From an uncultured bacterium (GTDB taxonomy: Bacteria; Patescibacteriota; Minisyncoccia; Moranbacterales; GWC2-37-73): a stretch of 59,938 nt of DNA. Location: assembly GCA_903885965.1 (NCBI GenBank), contig CAISKQ010000032.1, positions 1 through 59,938 on the forward strand, read 5' to 3'. The position numbers and the translations under genes are program-made. Positions 1 through 9,276 of this stretch are shown piece by piece (position 1 is the first letter of the stretch; every line of letters begins with the position of its first letter). Under the pieces are notes generated by a model. The model was not told where the DNA came from. It made no database searches and saw only the letters and a list, made by a program, of their open reading frames with translations.

Positions 1-163
1 CGCCGATTGCTCTGAGGTTTGCACCTCTTCTATGCTGAGTATTTTTTGAATTAGTCCATAATCTGATAAATTCTGGTAGTAGTTGCTCAAATTCAGTAGG
101 TGTTACTCCTGTTAAGGCTGACATGGTTCTAGGGCTTTTAAGTACCCGCTGGATGTTTATCAT
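1..163 (-). CDS. Transposase N-terminal fragment that runs off the window start; the HTH resembles IS5-like/DDE_Tnp_4-type transposases
   Basis: My translation from the ATG at 163 gives MINIQRVLKSPRTMSALTGVTPTEFEQLLPEFIRLWTNSKNTQHRRGANLRAIG. The LTGvTxxEFeqLl pattern is typical of that HTH. The ORF is too short for the ORF track. Confidence 0.4.
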   Translation of the reverse strand, partial: MINIQRVLKSPRTMSALTGVTPTEFEQLLPEFIRLWTNSKNTQHRRGANLRAIG

Positions 164-344
164 TGGTTTTTGTATTTGTTTTTAAGATAACTAAATTTTA
201 ACATTATTGCTTAAAATGCAACAGGTCTAATATACGCACTGATAAATATGAGCCATTTGCCACCATGAATAGTATGCTCCGAATATTTGTCACTTTTATT
301 TTCAGCGTAAATCCAGTAGGGGTTCATATTTTTAGTGGTAATCT

Positions 345-707
345 TTATAAATACTGCGACCAATATCTCCAATCATCGAAAACTTGCTTAACTTTTTTAG
401 TTGCATTCATTGGCTGCAATTGAGATAATGGCACTTCAAATTTGCGCCCACTCCAATGAATATTAACCAGCATATCATTTTCACAATTTTCTCCGACACT
501 GATAACTTCCACGACCTCACCAATTTCTAACGGAGAAACTCCCTGCTTCTTGATGCATTTAGCCAAGAATGGAAACTTCAGCGTTTCATCCAAATAACAT
601 TGCCATCCCATCATCTGCTCTATTTCATCATAACAGTCAACAATAATTTCATCATAAATTCTTTTATCCCTAACTTTGTCCACTAAAACATACTTTCTAT
701 TTGTCAT
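345..707 (-). CDS. CcbP-like small acidic protein (Calci_bind_CcbP-type)
   Basis: 120-aa ORF. The motifs DEIIVDCYDEIEQMMGWQCYL..LKFPFLAKC, VPLSQLQP and DDWRYW match my recollection of Anabaena CcbP. Confidence 0.6.
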   Translation of the reverse strand: MTNRKYVLVDKVRDKRIYDEIIVDCYDEIEQMMGWQCYLDETLKFPFLAKCIKKQGVSPLEIGEVVEVISVGENCENDMLVNIHWSGRKFEVPLSQLQPMNATKKVKQVFDDWRYWSQYL

Positions 708-736
708 AAGATTTTTTAATAAAGTTTAGTGAGACA

Positions 737-1255
737 TTATCCCGGAAAAAATTCATAAAACATGTCCTGCAAATTATCATGAAAGCCCCAACCAGTGCCC
801 TTGGTATCTTTTACTATTTTTTCAAAACGACTTCTAAATAAATATTCAATCACATTCTCTGTGACATATTCATAAGCTTGTTCATACATTCTTTCCATAC
901 TTGCATAAAAAGGCTCGTCAATATCTCCAAATGCATTAGTATATTCCACGCCGATTTCAACATAATAAATCATGATATCTACCACATTTTTATTGTTCCT
1001 GCTAAATTTAGTAAAATCACTTACCGCCTTACAAGCAACCAACAAGCTAGCGTCCCCGCCCCAACCTCTCTTTGGCAAAAATTCATCCCTGATTATTTTT
1101 TTATATCTTTTCAGTAGTTCCTCCTCTCCACGCTCAGAAAGTTGAGCCTGATAATATTCGCGCACATCAGGATACAATTTGTGCAATTTTTTGATTTCTT
1201 CAATCAACTGCTCTTATGACAATGATTTTAAGTACTTTGAAATTTCCATAGACAT
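737..1255 (-). pseudogene. DUF6155-like gene interrupted by an in-frame TAA at 1214-1216; alternatively a TTG-started CDS at 737..1207
   Basis: The 156-aa ORF starts at TTG. Sixteen codons upstream in the same frame read ATG..MSMEISKYLKSLS-TAA-EQ and then LIEEIKKLHKLY. Confidence 0.5.
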
Positions 1256-1266
1256 ATTATTAATGT

Positions 1267-3432
1267 TTATTTTGTATTTTTCAAATCAAAATTCTTTTGA
1301 TAATATTTCAGTCTTTTTTTAAATAGACGTTCCAAATAATCAATTTTTGTGTCCCTATAATCATACACTTTTGCATCTTTGCCGTTGCCTCTTTGAATTC
1401 TGCCAATGTATTGAGTCAGTTTGCCCTGAAAAGCAAATGGGAAAACTAAAAACAGACAATCCAGATTATTGAAATCCGCACCTTCTCCAATAAGCTGTCC
1501 TGTGGCAAGAAGTATCTGAAAATTGCCATCTTGAATTTGTTTGATTTTTTCCTTTCTCTGTTTTTCCGTCAGATCGCCACTGAGTTCAATTGTTTCGCAT
1601 TCTTTTTTCAGATAATAGTTCAGCACCTCGATATGTTCCTTTCTTTCAGTCAACACTAGGCATTTCAAGCCCTTTTCAGTTTCCTTTTTTATATCCTCCG
1701 CAATTTGCTTATTTCTATTGGAATCAAAAGTTAGAATCCGGTATAGTAATTGCACATTGTCGGTTTTTACTTTGAATGGCACGTCCAATTCAGTTTCCTT
1801 TATGAAAACTTCCGGAGGATTATCCAGGTTACCGTTTCCAATTTCACCCTGCGCGTCTTTTTCTATGGTGTGCAATATCTCACCCAAGTAAAAAAAGATC
1901 AGTTTTTCATCATTATTCTTTCTTTCTGGTGTCGCAGTAAAACCATAGAGATAAAATGGGTTGAGTTTAGTGATCACATTGCGAAACATTTTTGCTGGCA
2001 TATGATGGCATTCGTCCACAATAACTACTCCGAATTTGTTTTCCAGCTCTTTTATATTTTCAAGCTTATTAAGCGTCTGCACCATTGCAACCGTGATTTT
2101 TTTTCCAACTTGCTTTTTGCTAGCCACAAACTGCCCGATTTCTCTTTTTGGAATTCCAGCAAAACTTTCTATTCTTTCAAGCCATTGGTTGAAAATCTGT
2201 TTTTTGTGAACCAGAATGAGCGCAGGTTGATTTAATTTCGTGATAATATCAATTCCAATAATAGTTTTACCTGACCCTGGCGGAGCTACCAGTAGCCCAT
2301 TTTCGCAGTTCGATATTTCATCCACTGCTTCTTTTTGATAATCAAACAATTTTATTTTGCTTTCATATTTCACTGTTTTCAGTTTATTCCTTTCATCCAC
2401 AATCTCGTACTTTATATTCTGCTCGCTCAGAAAAGAGGTGAGCTCATGCAAAAATCCTCGAGGAATAGCGATTTTACTTTCAAAATCTTCCACGAGTTTG
2501 AAATATTTTTCCAATCCGTATACACTCACACCCATCCTCTTTCTGATGGCAACTTCTGAATTTGAAAAGTTCAGTTTTTCTCTGATAAAATTCACAACTG
2601 ATTTTGGCAAATTATTCTTTTTAATAAACAGTTGCTCCCTCAGCATTATCTTTAGAACATTTTTTGAATTGCTTTTTTCGTCTACCTCTCCTGAAGTAAA
2701 CTTTTTGTACAAATCATCCAATGTTTTTGAAGAAGTTTTTTGAACTTCTGAAAGCATTTCCCATTGATCATGAAATGACATGCGATCTTTTTTCCAATCC
2801 AAAAATATAGTATTTTCAATATTTCTAGATTCACCCTGAAGTGGCAACGCTATCAAATTTCCAATTCCTTCACCACTATGCATATCCTGATTTGGAAATA
2901 GTCTGTCAAAAGCATCTTCCTTTTCAAATTGATCAATGATTTTTGCTTCTCTTAAAATTCCTAGTGCAATAGCCCTGCTTTTATATGCTGGGTATTTTTC
3001 TTCAAAGAAAATCCAAACGTGACCGCCATTGCCAGAGCGCGAACGTTCCAAATATGCAAATAAGCCATGCTTCTCGCATGCCTTGATAAAATCAATCGCA
3101 TCTTCTTTCCAATTTTTATCATCAAAATCTGCAGCTATGAAATATGAGGTATTGTCTTCCAATAATGGATAAACTCCATAAGTTTTAGCACCTCTCAAAT
3201 GTTGCTCCAAATATTGGGTATCAAATTGAGCATATGCCTTATGAACACAATCTTTGCATTTCTTTTTTTGCAACTTATTACAAAATCCTTGTTTCCATTC
3301 ATTCAAACATACAGGCGTATAACCGCTGGCTGATCCGTCAACTTTTTGCCAGCGTACAGCAAAAATATCTTCCCGTCCCCTGAAAAGACTTTTGAAAATT
3401 TCAATCTTTTGCTGACTCGTTAGCGTGCGCAT
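1267..3432 (-). CDS. Fusion of an archaeo-eukaryotic primase (AEP) domain and an SF2 (DEAD/DEAH-type) helicase
   Basis: 721 aa. The N-terminus carries AEP motifs (FIAADFDD, SRSGNGGHVWIFF) and a Cys cluster (C..CKDC). The C-terminal half has Walker A APPGSGKT, Walker B VDECHH and a helicase C region. Confidence 0.8.
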   Translation of the reverse strand: MRTLTSQQKIEIFKSLFRGREDIFAVRWQKVDGSASGYTPVCLNEWKQGFCNKLQKKKCKDCVHKAYAQFDTQYLEQHLRGAKTYGVYPLLEDNTSYFIAADFDDKNWKEDAIDFIKACEKHGLFAYLERSRSGNGGHVWIFFEEKYPAYKSRAIALGILREAKIIDQFEKEDAFDRLFPNQDMHSGEGIGNLIALPLQGESRNIENTIFLDWKKDRMSFHDQWEMLSEVQKTSSKTLDDLYKKFTSGEVDEKSNSKNVLKIMLREQLFIKKNNLPKSVVNFIREKLNFSNSEVAIRKRMGVSVYGLEKYFKLVEDFESKIAIPRGFLHELTSFLSEQNIKYEIVDERNKLKTVKYESKIKLFDYQKEAVDEISNCENGLLVAPPGSGKTIIGIDIITKLNQPALILVHKKQIFNQWLERIESFAGIPKREIGQFVASKKQVGKKITVAMVQTLNKLENIKELENKFGVVIVDECHHMPAKMFRNVITKLNPFYLYGFTATPERKNNDEKLIFFYLGEILHTIEKDAQGEIGNGNLDNPPEVFIKETELDVPFKVKTDNVQLLYRILTFDSNRNKQIAEDIKKETEKGLKCLVLTERKEHIEVLNYYLKKECETIELSGDLTEKQRKEKIKQIQDGNFQILLATGQLIGEGADFNNLDCLFLVFPFAFQGKLTQYIGRIQRGNGKDAKVYDYRDTKIDYLERLFKKRLKYYQKNFDLKNTK

Positions 3433-3540
3433 ATTTCATGTTTTATATAGCTTATTCTTAGCATAAATACTGAAATATGCAAATCTGCACTACCTAGCTA
3501 TGTGCAACCAATAAAAGACCCTACAATAAAGCAAAGAACA

Positions 3541-6180
3541 CTATTTTCCGCAACATACTTTGTATTTCTTCCCACTGCCACAAGGGCAAGGGTCGTTGCG
3601 ACCAACCTTATTATTGTTGATAATTGGTTTTTGAGCAGCTGGCTGCTGGCTTGTTTCAGCTTCCCCGCCGGAAGTAAGCGGCGAAAGATTCTCCTGAGCT
3701 CCTTGATATTGCACATTTTCCGGCAAAGCTTCGGCCTGAACTTCGCTTTGAGCAGAAACCATTGAAATTCTAAAAACAGTTTTAACCGTAGTGGAACGCA
3801 TATTTTCCATCAAGTGTGAAAACAAATGGAAAGCTTCACGCTTATATTCAATCAATGGATCTCGCTGACCATAACCACGCAAGCCAATTCCCTGACGAAG
3901 GTAGTCAATTTCATCCAGATGATTCATCCATAGAGTGTCAATAGTTTGCAAAATGATTGCTCTTTCGATTTGACGCAAATTTTGACTGCCGATTTCTTGC
4001 TCCTTTTTGATGTAAGCTTCTTTGGCTTTCCCCATCACATATTCCTGCATCAAAGTTATTTTTTCAACTGAATTCTTGGATTTGTCATCGCGAATCTGCT
4101 CCAATTTTTTGCTATCCTGATCCGTGAAAAGGAAGATACCTTGAATTTCAGTTGCAATGGTTTCAATTTGCCATTCATATTCATCACCCGTGCAATGAAC
4201 CGAGATGGTACGCTCAATTTCTTCTTCAATATATCCAAGTAATTCATGCTTAACATCCGTAGAAGCCAAGATTTCTTTACGTTTTTTGTAGACAACCTCT
4301 CGCTGCTTGTTCATCACATCATCATAATCCAAAACGTGTTTTCGCATATCAAAGTTATAACCTTCAATTTTTGATTGCGCACTTTCAATAGTTCTGGAAA
4401 TAATTGGATTTTGAATTGGTTGATCATCAGGAAGGCCCAATGAATCCATCATACCCTTGAGCTTGTCCCCGCCAAATCTTCGCATAAGCTCATCTTCCAA
4501 AGAAACATAGAATTGCGAAAGTCCTGGATCTCCTTGGCGACCAGCGCGACCACGAAGTTGATTGTCAATACGCCTTGCCTCATGACGCTCTGTTCCAATA
4601 ATGCAAAGACCCCCGACCTCCCGCACACCTTCGCCAAGCTTAATGTCAGTTCCGCGACCAGCCATGTTAGTAGCAATGGTCACAGCGCCTCGTTTGCCAG
4701 CGCCTGCGATAATTGAAGCTTCTTTTTCATGCTGTTTGGCATTGAGAACTTCGTGCTTGATGCCATTTTTCACAAGCAGCGCGCTAAGATATTCAGATTT
4801 TTCAATCGCAATTGTTCCAACCAAAACCGGCTGACCTTTTTCATTAAGCTCCTTAATCTTTTCTACAATTGCATCAAATTTTCCTTTTTCCGTCTTATAA
4901 ACCACATCCGCCAAATCTTTGCGAGACATCACTTTGTTAGTTGGAATTTCCAGCACATCCAATTTGTAAACCTTTGAAAGTTCCTCGGCGCTCGTTGAAG
5001 CTGTTCCAGTCATACCGGCTAATTTGGCGTACATACGAAAATAATTCTGGAAAGTGATGGTTGCCAAGGTGCGAGATTCTTTTTGCACTTCCACATTTTC
5101 CTTGGCTTCAATTGCTTGATGAAGTCCGTCGCTATAGCGCCTGCCTTCCATCAAACGTCCTGTGAAATCATCCACGATAATAACCTGACCGTTTTTGACC
5201 ACATAATCCTTATCGAGCTTGAAGAAAACTCCAGCCTTCAATGACTGTTCAAGATGATGCACATAACTAATTTTTCCAAGCTCATAAATGTTTCCCACAC
5301 CCAATTCTTTTTCAACCTTATCCAGACCTTTTTCTGTAAGAGTCACCGCCTTCATCTTTTCATCTTTTTCATAGTCTTCCGTTTCCTTCAAGCGAGGAAT
5401 AATCTGAGCAAAATGTTGATACATTTTTGTTGATTCACTGTCTGGGGCAGAAATAATCAGTGGCGTTCTGGCTTCATCAATCAAAATTGAATCGACTTCA
5501 TCTACCACAGCATAATTGAGCTCTCGTTGAGACATCTGCTGCGCACTTTGCACCATGTTGTCGCGCAGATAGTCGAAACCAAATTCATTATTTGTTCCGA
5601 AAGTAATGTCTGAAGCGTAAGCTTGCCTGCGAGAAATTTCAAAAAGATTTTCCATCTCCACACTAACTTCATCACTATCAATAATTTTTGGCTCATACAA
5701 ATATGAAACGTCGTGCATAATGCAAGCTGTGGAAAGTCCCAAAGCATTATAAACACTGCCCATCCAGTTGCAGTCACGCTTTGCCAGATAGTCATTGACG
5801 GTCACGATGTGCACGCCTTTGCCTTCTAGCGCATTAAGATAAACCGCCAAAGTTGAAGTCAAAGTTTTTCCTTCACCAGTTTTCATTTCCGTAATCAAGC
5901 CTTTATGAAGTGCAATTCCACCCAAAAGCTGCACGTCATAGTGCCTTTCATTGATCACTCGTTTGGCAGTTTCACGCACCACAGCAAAAGCCTCAGGCAA
6001 AATCTGATCCAGAGTTTCTCCATTTTTGAGACGCTCGCGAAATTCCTGCGTCTTGCCTTTGAGCTCTTCATCGGGCAAAGCTATCATCTTCTCTTCCAGG
6101 GAATTGACCACTGTTACAATCGGACGAAATTTGCTTACTTCTTTCTCATTTGATCCAAACAGTTTACTGAATAAAGCCAT
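3541..6180 (-). CDS. secA: Preprotein translocase ATPase SecA
   Basis: 879 aa with GEGKT and DEVDSILIDEARTPLIIS motor motifs and a C-terminal CPCGSGKKYKVCCG zinc motif. Confidence 0.97.
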   Translation of the reverse strand: MALFSKLFGSNEKEVSKFRPIVTVVNSLEEKMIALPDEELKGKTQEFRERLKNGETLDQILPEAFAVVRETAKRVINERHYDVQLLGGIALHKGLITEMKTGEGKTLTSTLAVYLNALEGKGVHIVTVNDYLAKRDCNWMGSVYNALGLSTACIMHDVSYLYEPKIIDSDEVSVEMENLFEISRRQAYASDITFGTNNEFGFDYLRDNMVQSAQQMSQRELNYAVVDEVDSILIDEARTPLIISAPDSESTKMYQHFAQIIPRLKETEDYEKDEKMKAVTLTEKGLDKVEKELGVGNIYELGKISYVHHLEQSLKAGVFFKLDKDYVVKNGQVIIVDDFTGRLMEGRRYSDGLHQAIEAKENVEVQKESRTLATITFQNYFRMYAKLAGMTGTASTSAEELSKVYKLDVLEIPTNKVMSRKDLADVVYKTEKGKFDAIVEKIKELNEKGQPVLVGTIAIEKSEYLSALLVKNGIKHEVLNAKQHEKEASIIAGAGKRGAVTIATNMAGRGTDIKLGEGVREVGGLCIIGTERHEARRIDNQLRGRAGRQGDPGLSQFYVSLEDELMRRFGGDKLKGMMDSLGLPDDQPIQNPIISRTIESAQSKIEGYNFDMRKHVLDYDDVMNKQREVVYKKRKEILASTDVKHELLGYIEEEIERTISVHCTGDEYEWQIETIATEIQGIFLFTDQDSKKLEQIRDDKSKNSVEKITLMQEYVMGKAKEAYIKKEQEIGSQNLRQIERAIILQTIDTLWMNHLDEIDYLRQGIGLRGYGQRDPLIEYKREAFHLFSHLMENMRSTTVKTVFRISMVSAQSEVQAEALPENVQYQGAQENLSPLTSGGEAETSQQPAAQKPIINNNKVGRNDPCPCGSGKKYKVCCGK

Positions 6181-6352
6181 ATGCGTGAGTTCTAATAGTT
6201 ATAGAGTTAAGAGTTTTGAAAGTTTGCCTTTTCTAATAGCCAAAAACCAAACCAATTTAATTTGGAATAGTCGTATCTAACTTATTTACATTATATAAGA
6301 AAAAATCGCACTCGTCCACTCCCTGCCGTGCTAAAATCAGTTGGCCATCAAA

Positions 6353-6541
6353 TCATTTAGAAACTTGCATTTTGATTTTCTCCAATTCCTCCTTCGGCAC
6401 ATTCTCTTTGATCTTCTCGACAATCTGCTGAGCCCGAGTGGCGGAAATTTTGACCTCCCTTGCGATATCACGAAAATCCATGCCAGTTGCATAGAGTCGA
6501 TAAACCTTTTTTCTTTGCGCCGTGAAATTGTATGATCTCAT
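6353..6541 (-). CDS. Small HTH protein (sigma-70 region 4 / LuxR-like helix-turn-helix)
   Basis: 62 aa. The segment LYATGMDFRDIAREVKISATRAQQIV looks like an HTH. Confidence 0.45.
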   Translation of the reverse strand: MRSYNFTAQRKKVYRLYATGMDFRDIAREVKISATRAQQIVEKIKENVPKEELEKIKMQVSK

Positions 6542-6613
6542 ATTTGTGTGTTTTATTGATTATGCGTTTATTGCGGAGGACCGTCCTCCGGGAAGTCTCA
6601 TATTCGGCTCAAG

Positions 6614-7585
6614 CTACACTTCACTAATCACATCAAAGCCCTTGAAACTTCCCGTAATTGAAAGACCAATAACATTTATAGCAATTTTCTTTTGCTTGAT
6701 TTGCAACGCTGTTTCATTAAGCGTTGCGCCAGATCCAATCGCATCATCAATCAGTAGGATGTTCTCGAAACTTCCCCGCTCATCAACGATTATGGTATTT
6801 CTGGCATTTTCAACACGATCACTCAATTTCGTGAGTGTTTTTTGTGGCACCATGATCTCTGACTTAACCTTAACAATGGAAACTCTGCGAAGCTTTTCTT
6901 GCAAATTCTTTTCCAGCTCTTTCATGAATTGAACTTCTCTTTTAACTGTTGGAGGAATGAAGCCGATTCCATCAATTTTATACCTCTCAATAATTTCATC
7001 AATTCTAGATTTAACATCATTCGATAATTCACGCATCAGATTTTTGCTTTGACTTTGTTTGGCATACAAAAGCAACTGACCAAGTTTTGTTTTTCCGAAT
7101 CTTTCAATGCTATAAAAATCCAAATAAAAAACTTTATCCAAGCCAATCTCATCAAAGGTTGTCTTGAATTTTTCCATTCCGTCAAGCAAGCCTCTTTTTT
7201 TGAAAGAGTTATATTTTTTCAAAGTTTTCACATATTCAGGTGCGACCTTTTCAACATTTTGTTTTGTTCTCAAACACCAATACTGAAAACCGTCAAGACC
7301 CTCTCTGCGTTGTCCATTTGGCGCAATAAAAAGAAAATTTTCTTCAATTATCTTTTTGACATCCTTTTCTATTTCAAAAGGACCCCCTTTCGAAATTTCT
7401 TGCTCTTTTAGCAAATAGAAAACAACTGGTGGCTTGCCAATTTTGGTAATTTCATCTTGTGCCAAAAGATTGCTAAGCTGCTTGGAAACAGCCACCCTGC
7501 TGATATGCAAAAAATCAACCAGCTCATTCACGGAAGCTTGCTGATTTTCGCCTAGATACTTCTTTATTTTTTCTGAAGTCTTCAT
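6614..7585 (-). CDS. Winged-HTH fused to a ComF-like phosphoribosyltransferase (PRTase)
   Basis: 323 aa. The N-terminal wHTH is VNELVDFLHISRVAVSKQLSNLL. The C-terminal PRPP-binding loop is ILLIDDAIGSGATLNETA, preceded by a ComF-like VPQKTL...R..N segment. Confidence 0.65.
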   Translation of the reverse strand: MKTSEKIKKYLGENQQASVNELVDFLHISRVAVSKQLSNLLAQDEITKIGKPPVVFYLLKEQEISKGGPFEIEKDVKKIIEENFLFIAPNGQRREGLDGFQYWCLRTKQNVEKVAPEYVKTLKKYNSFKKRGLLDGMEKFKTTFDEIGLDKVFYLDFYSIERFGKTKLGQLLLYAKQSQSKNLMRELSNDVKSRIDEIIERYKIDGIGFIPPTVKREVQFMKELEKNLQEKLRRVSIVKVKSEIMVPQKTLTKLSDRVENARNTIIVDERGSFENILLIDDAIGSGATLNETALQIKQKKIAINVIGLSITGSFKGFDVISEV

Positions 7586-7761
7586 ATTGAAAAAGTTTAT
7601 AGTTAACAGTTAACTGTAAACTATTATACAATACTGATAATATTTGTCAATATTTGGTCAATATGGCATTTTTATGGCTATACATAGGCATTTTCAAATC
7701 TCGCATTTCGCACTTTGAACTTTATTATATTTCCGGAGGACCGTCCTCCGGGAAATTCTTT

Positions 7762-8238
7762 CTACTTACCCTTTTCAAAATCTTGAATAATACTCAAATA
7801 TTTTTCTTGAATTTCTTTTGAAATTTGAGGATGATCAAGGGGGCGGATATTCCCATTATTTTTGATTATCTCATTTATTTCATCCGAATAAAAACCATCC
7901 AGAGTTGCAATAAACAAATATGATGGGTTCCATGATTCGCTCATTCTTCTGGCGTATCTCAAAACGTACTCAACATTAAGCTCTTTTTGATATTTTACCT
8001 CAACTAATTGGACTTCTCTGCTCTTTCTGTTTATCACAGCAAAATCTGGTGCAGTTCTCAAAGTGTTGAGCATTTCATTTTTCTCTCCATATCTATTCTT
8101 GATTAGATCTGGAATAATTTTTTCGTAACCAAATTCTAAAATAGTAAACTGCTCTGTTTGCCTAAGCATTTGAGCAAAAACAGTTTCGGCAATCTTTCCC
8201 TTAACTAGATTTCTTGCAAACGTAATTTCCTTTTCCAT
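7762..8238 (-). CDS. Putative PD-(D/E)xK-fold nuclease
   Basis: 158 aa. GKIAETVF, then PDFAVIN and VQLVEVKYQ, fit the D...E.K signature. Confidence 0.4.
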   Translation of the reverse strand: MEKEITFARNLVKGKIAETVFAQMLRQTEQFTILEFGYEKIIPDLIKNRYGEKNEMLNTLRTAPDFAVINRKSREVQLVEVKYQKELNVEYVLRYARRMSESWNPSYLFIATLDGFYSDEINEIIKNNGNIRPLDHPQISKEIQEKYLSIIQDFEKGK

Positions 8239-8267
8239 ATTTTTATTTTAATATTTATTTCCAATCG

Positions 8268-9011
8268 CTAATAATTATTTTCTTGTGTAATACTTTTAAT
8301 GAACTTACATTTTGGATAACTTGCGCAACCATAAAAATTATTTCCAGCATTGGATCCTTTCTTCGCAGTTCTCAAAACTAATTGGGATCCGCACCAAGGA
8401 CATTTTTCTGAAATAGCAGATCCAAAAACAGGACGACTTGAATCGGAAACTTCAATGCCTGATAATTTCACATATTCCATCAATCTTCTTCCATCAATCA
8501 ACTCAATTGGCTTTCCTTCGGCAAATTTTTCAGCTTCCAGTGTGAAAACATTTGTGGTGATAAAAAAAGCCTTTGCATCTGAAAGCTTATCAGTGATAGC
8601 TCCATAAAAATCCCGCATCGCACCAACACTTACTTGTTGAGTGATGAATTTCTTACATTGGATATAATGCTTGACTGCGTCCTTCTCCGCAATCACATCA
8701 ATTCCACCATCATTCGGTCCTCCGACCTTTTCTGCCTTATATCCCAATTTTTCAAACAAATCGCAAACAAAACTTTCGAATTGATCCGGCGTCAAAGCTT
8801 TTATTTTTTCCAATGAATTCCGACTGTTGAAAAACTTCATTGTTTTTCTCTTTTTATAAATCAAGATGATTATAAGAGGTGAACCAATAATGGCAAAAAA
8901 TAACGCGAACGCCAAATATGTATTTTTAAAAAATAAAGGAAGAATTTTTATGAACACAAGAAAGATATATAAAGTAAAAATCATCTCGATTAAAGATTCT
9001 TTTTTTGCCAT
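8268..9011 (-). CDS. Mrr-cat-type restriction endonuclease-like protein with N-terminal TM helices and a C-terminal C4 zinc finger
   Basis: Contains LGYKAEKVGGPNDGGIDVIAE...IQCKK (Mrr_cat-like) and CPWCGS..YGCASYPKCKF (topoisomerase-type Zn finger). I moved the start to the ATG at 9011 (MAKKESL); the ORF track starts at a TTG at 9026. Confidence 0.7.
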   Translation of the reverse strand: MAKKESLIEMIFTLYIFLVFIKILPLFFKNTYLAFALFFAIIGSPLIIILIYKKRKTMKFFNSRNSLEKIKALTPDQFESFVCDLFEKLGYKAEKVGGPNDGGIDVIAEKDAVKHYIQCKKFITQQVSVGAMRDFYGAITDKLSDAKAFFITTNVFTLEAEKFAEGKPIELIDGRRLMEYVKLSGIEVSDSSRPVFGSAISEKCPWCGSQLVLRTAKKGSNAGNNFYGCASYPKCKFIKSITQENNY

Positions 9012-9016
9012 AAGAT

Positions 9017-9181
9017 TTATTTCCAATCGCTAATTATTATTTTTTTGCGGTCAATTTTGAAAACCATTTTCTGACGCTCACGAATGCCGAGCTCAGCGAC
9101 TATTTCGGCAGGTATGACTACGGATAAACTACGCTTGCCTACTCGAGTTACTTTGCGAACCAAGGGTTCTGATTTTTTCAT
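9017..9181 (-). CDS. AbrB/MazE/SpoVT-family DNA-binding protein
   Basis: VRKVTRVGKRSLSVVIPAEIVAELGI is a swapped-hairpin motif. I trimmed the start to the ATG at 9181 (MKKSEPL). The upstream part of the 85-aa ORF is only a translation of a tandem repeat. Confidence 0.6.
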   Translation of the reverse strand: MKKSEPLVRKVTRVGKRSLSVVIPAEIVAELGIRERQKMVFKIDRKKIIISDWK

Positions 9182-9276
9182 ATTTGTTTTTGCCCCGTTA
9201 AAGTTAGTTGCACCTAACTTTTTAACTGAGGTTATTTTTATTTTTATTTTGTTACGTAGCATATTACGTAGCAATT

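Noticed and set aside
3498-6280. Many 60-100-aa ORFs lie antisense to, or out of frame within, secA. The same is true inside hsdR, hsdM, the P-type ATPase, murC, murG and other large genes.
   Set aside because: They sit entirely within long, motif-rich genes, have low-complexity composition and no recognisable motifs. They are typical shadow ORFs of an AT-rich genome.
9182-9274. The N-terminal extension of the AbrB-like ORF (MLRNMLRNKIKIKI...).
   Set aside because: MLRNMLRN is only the translation of the tandem TTACGTAGCA repeat, and the extension is low complexity. An ATG at 9181 gives a normal-length AbrB-type domain.
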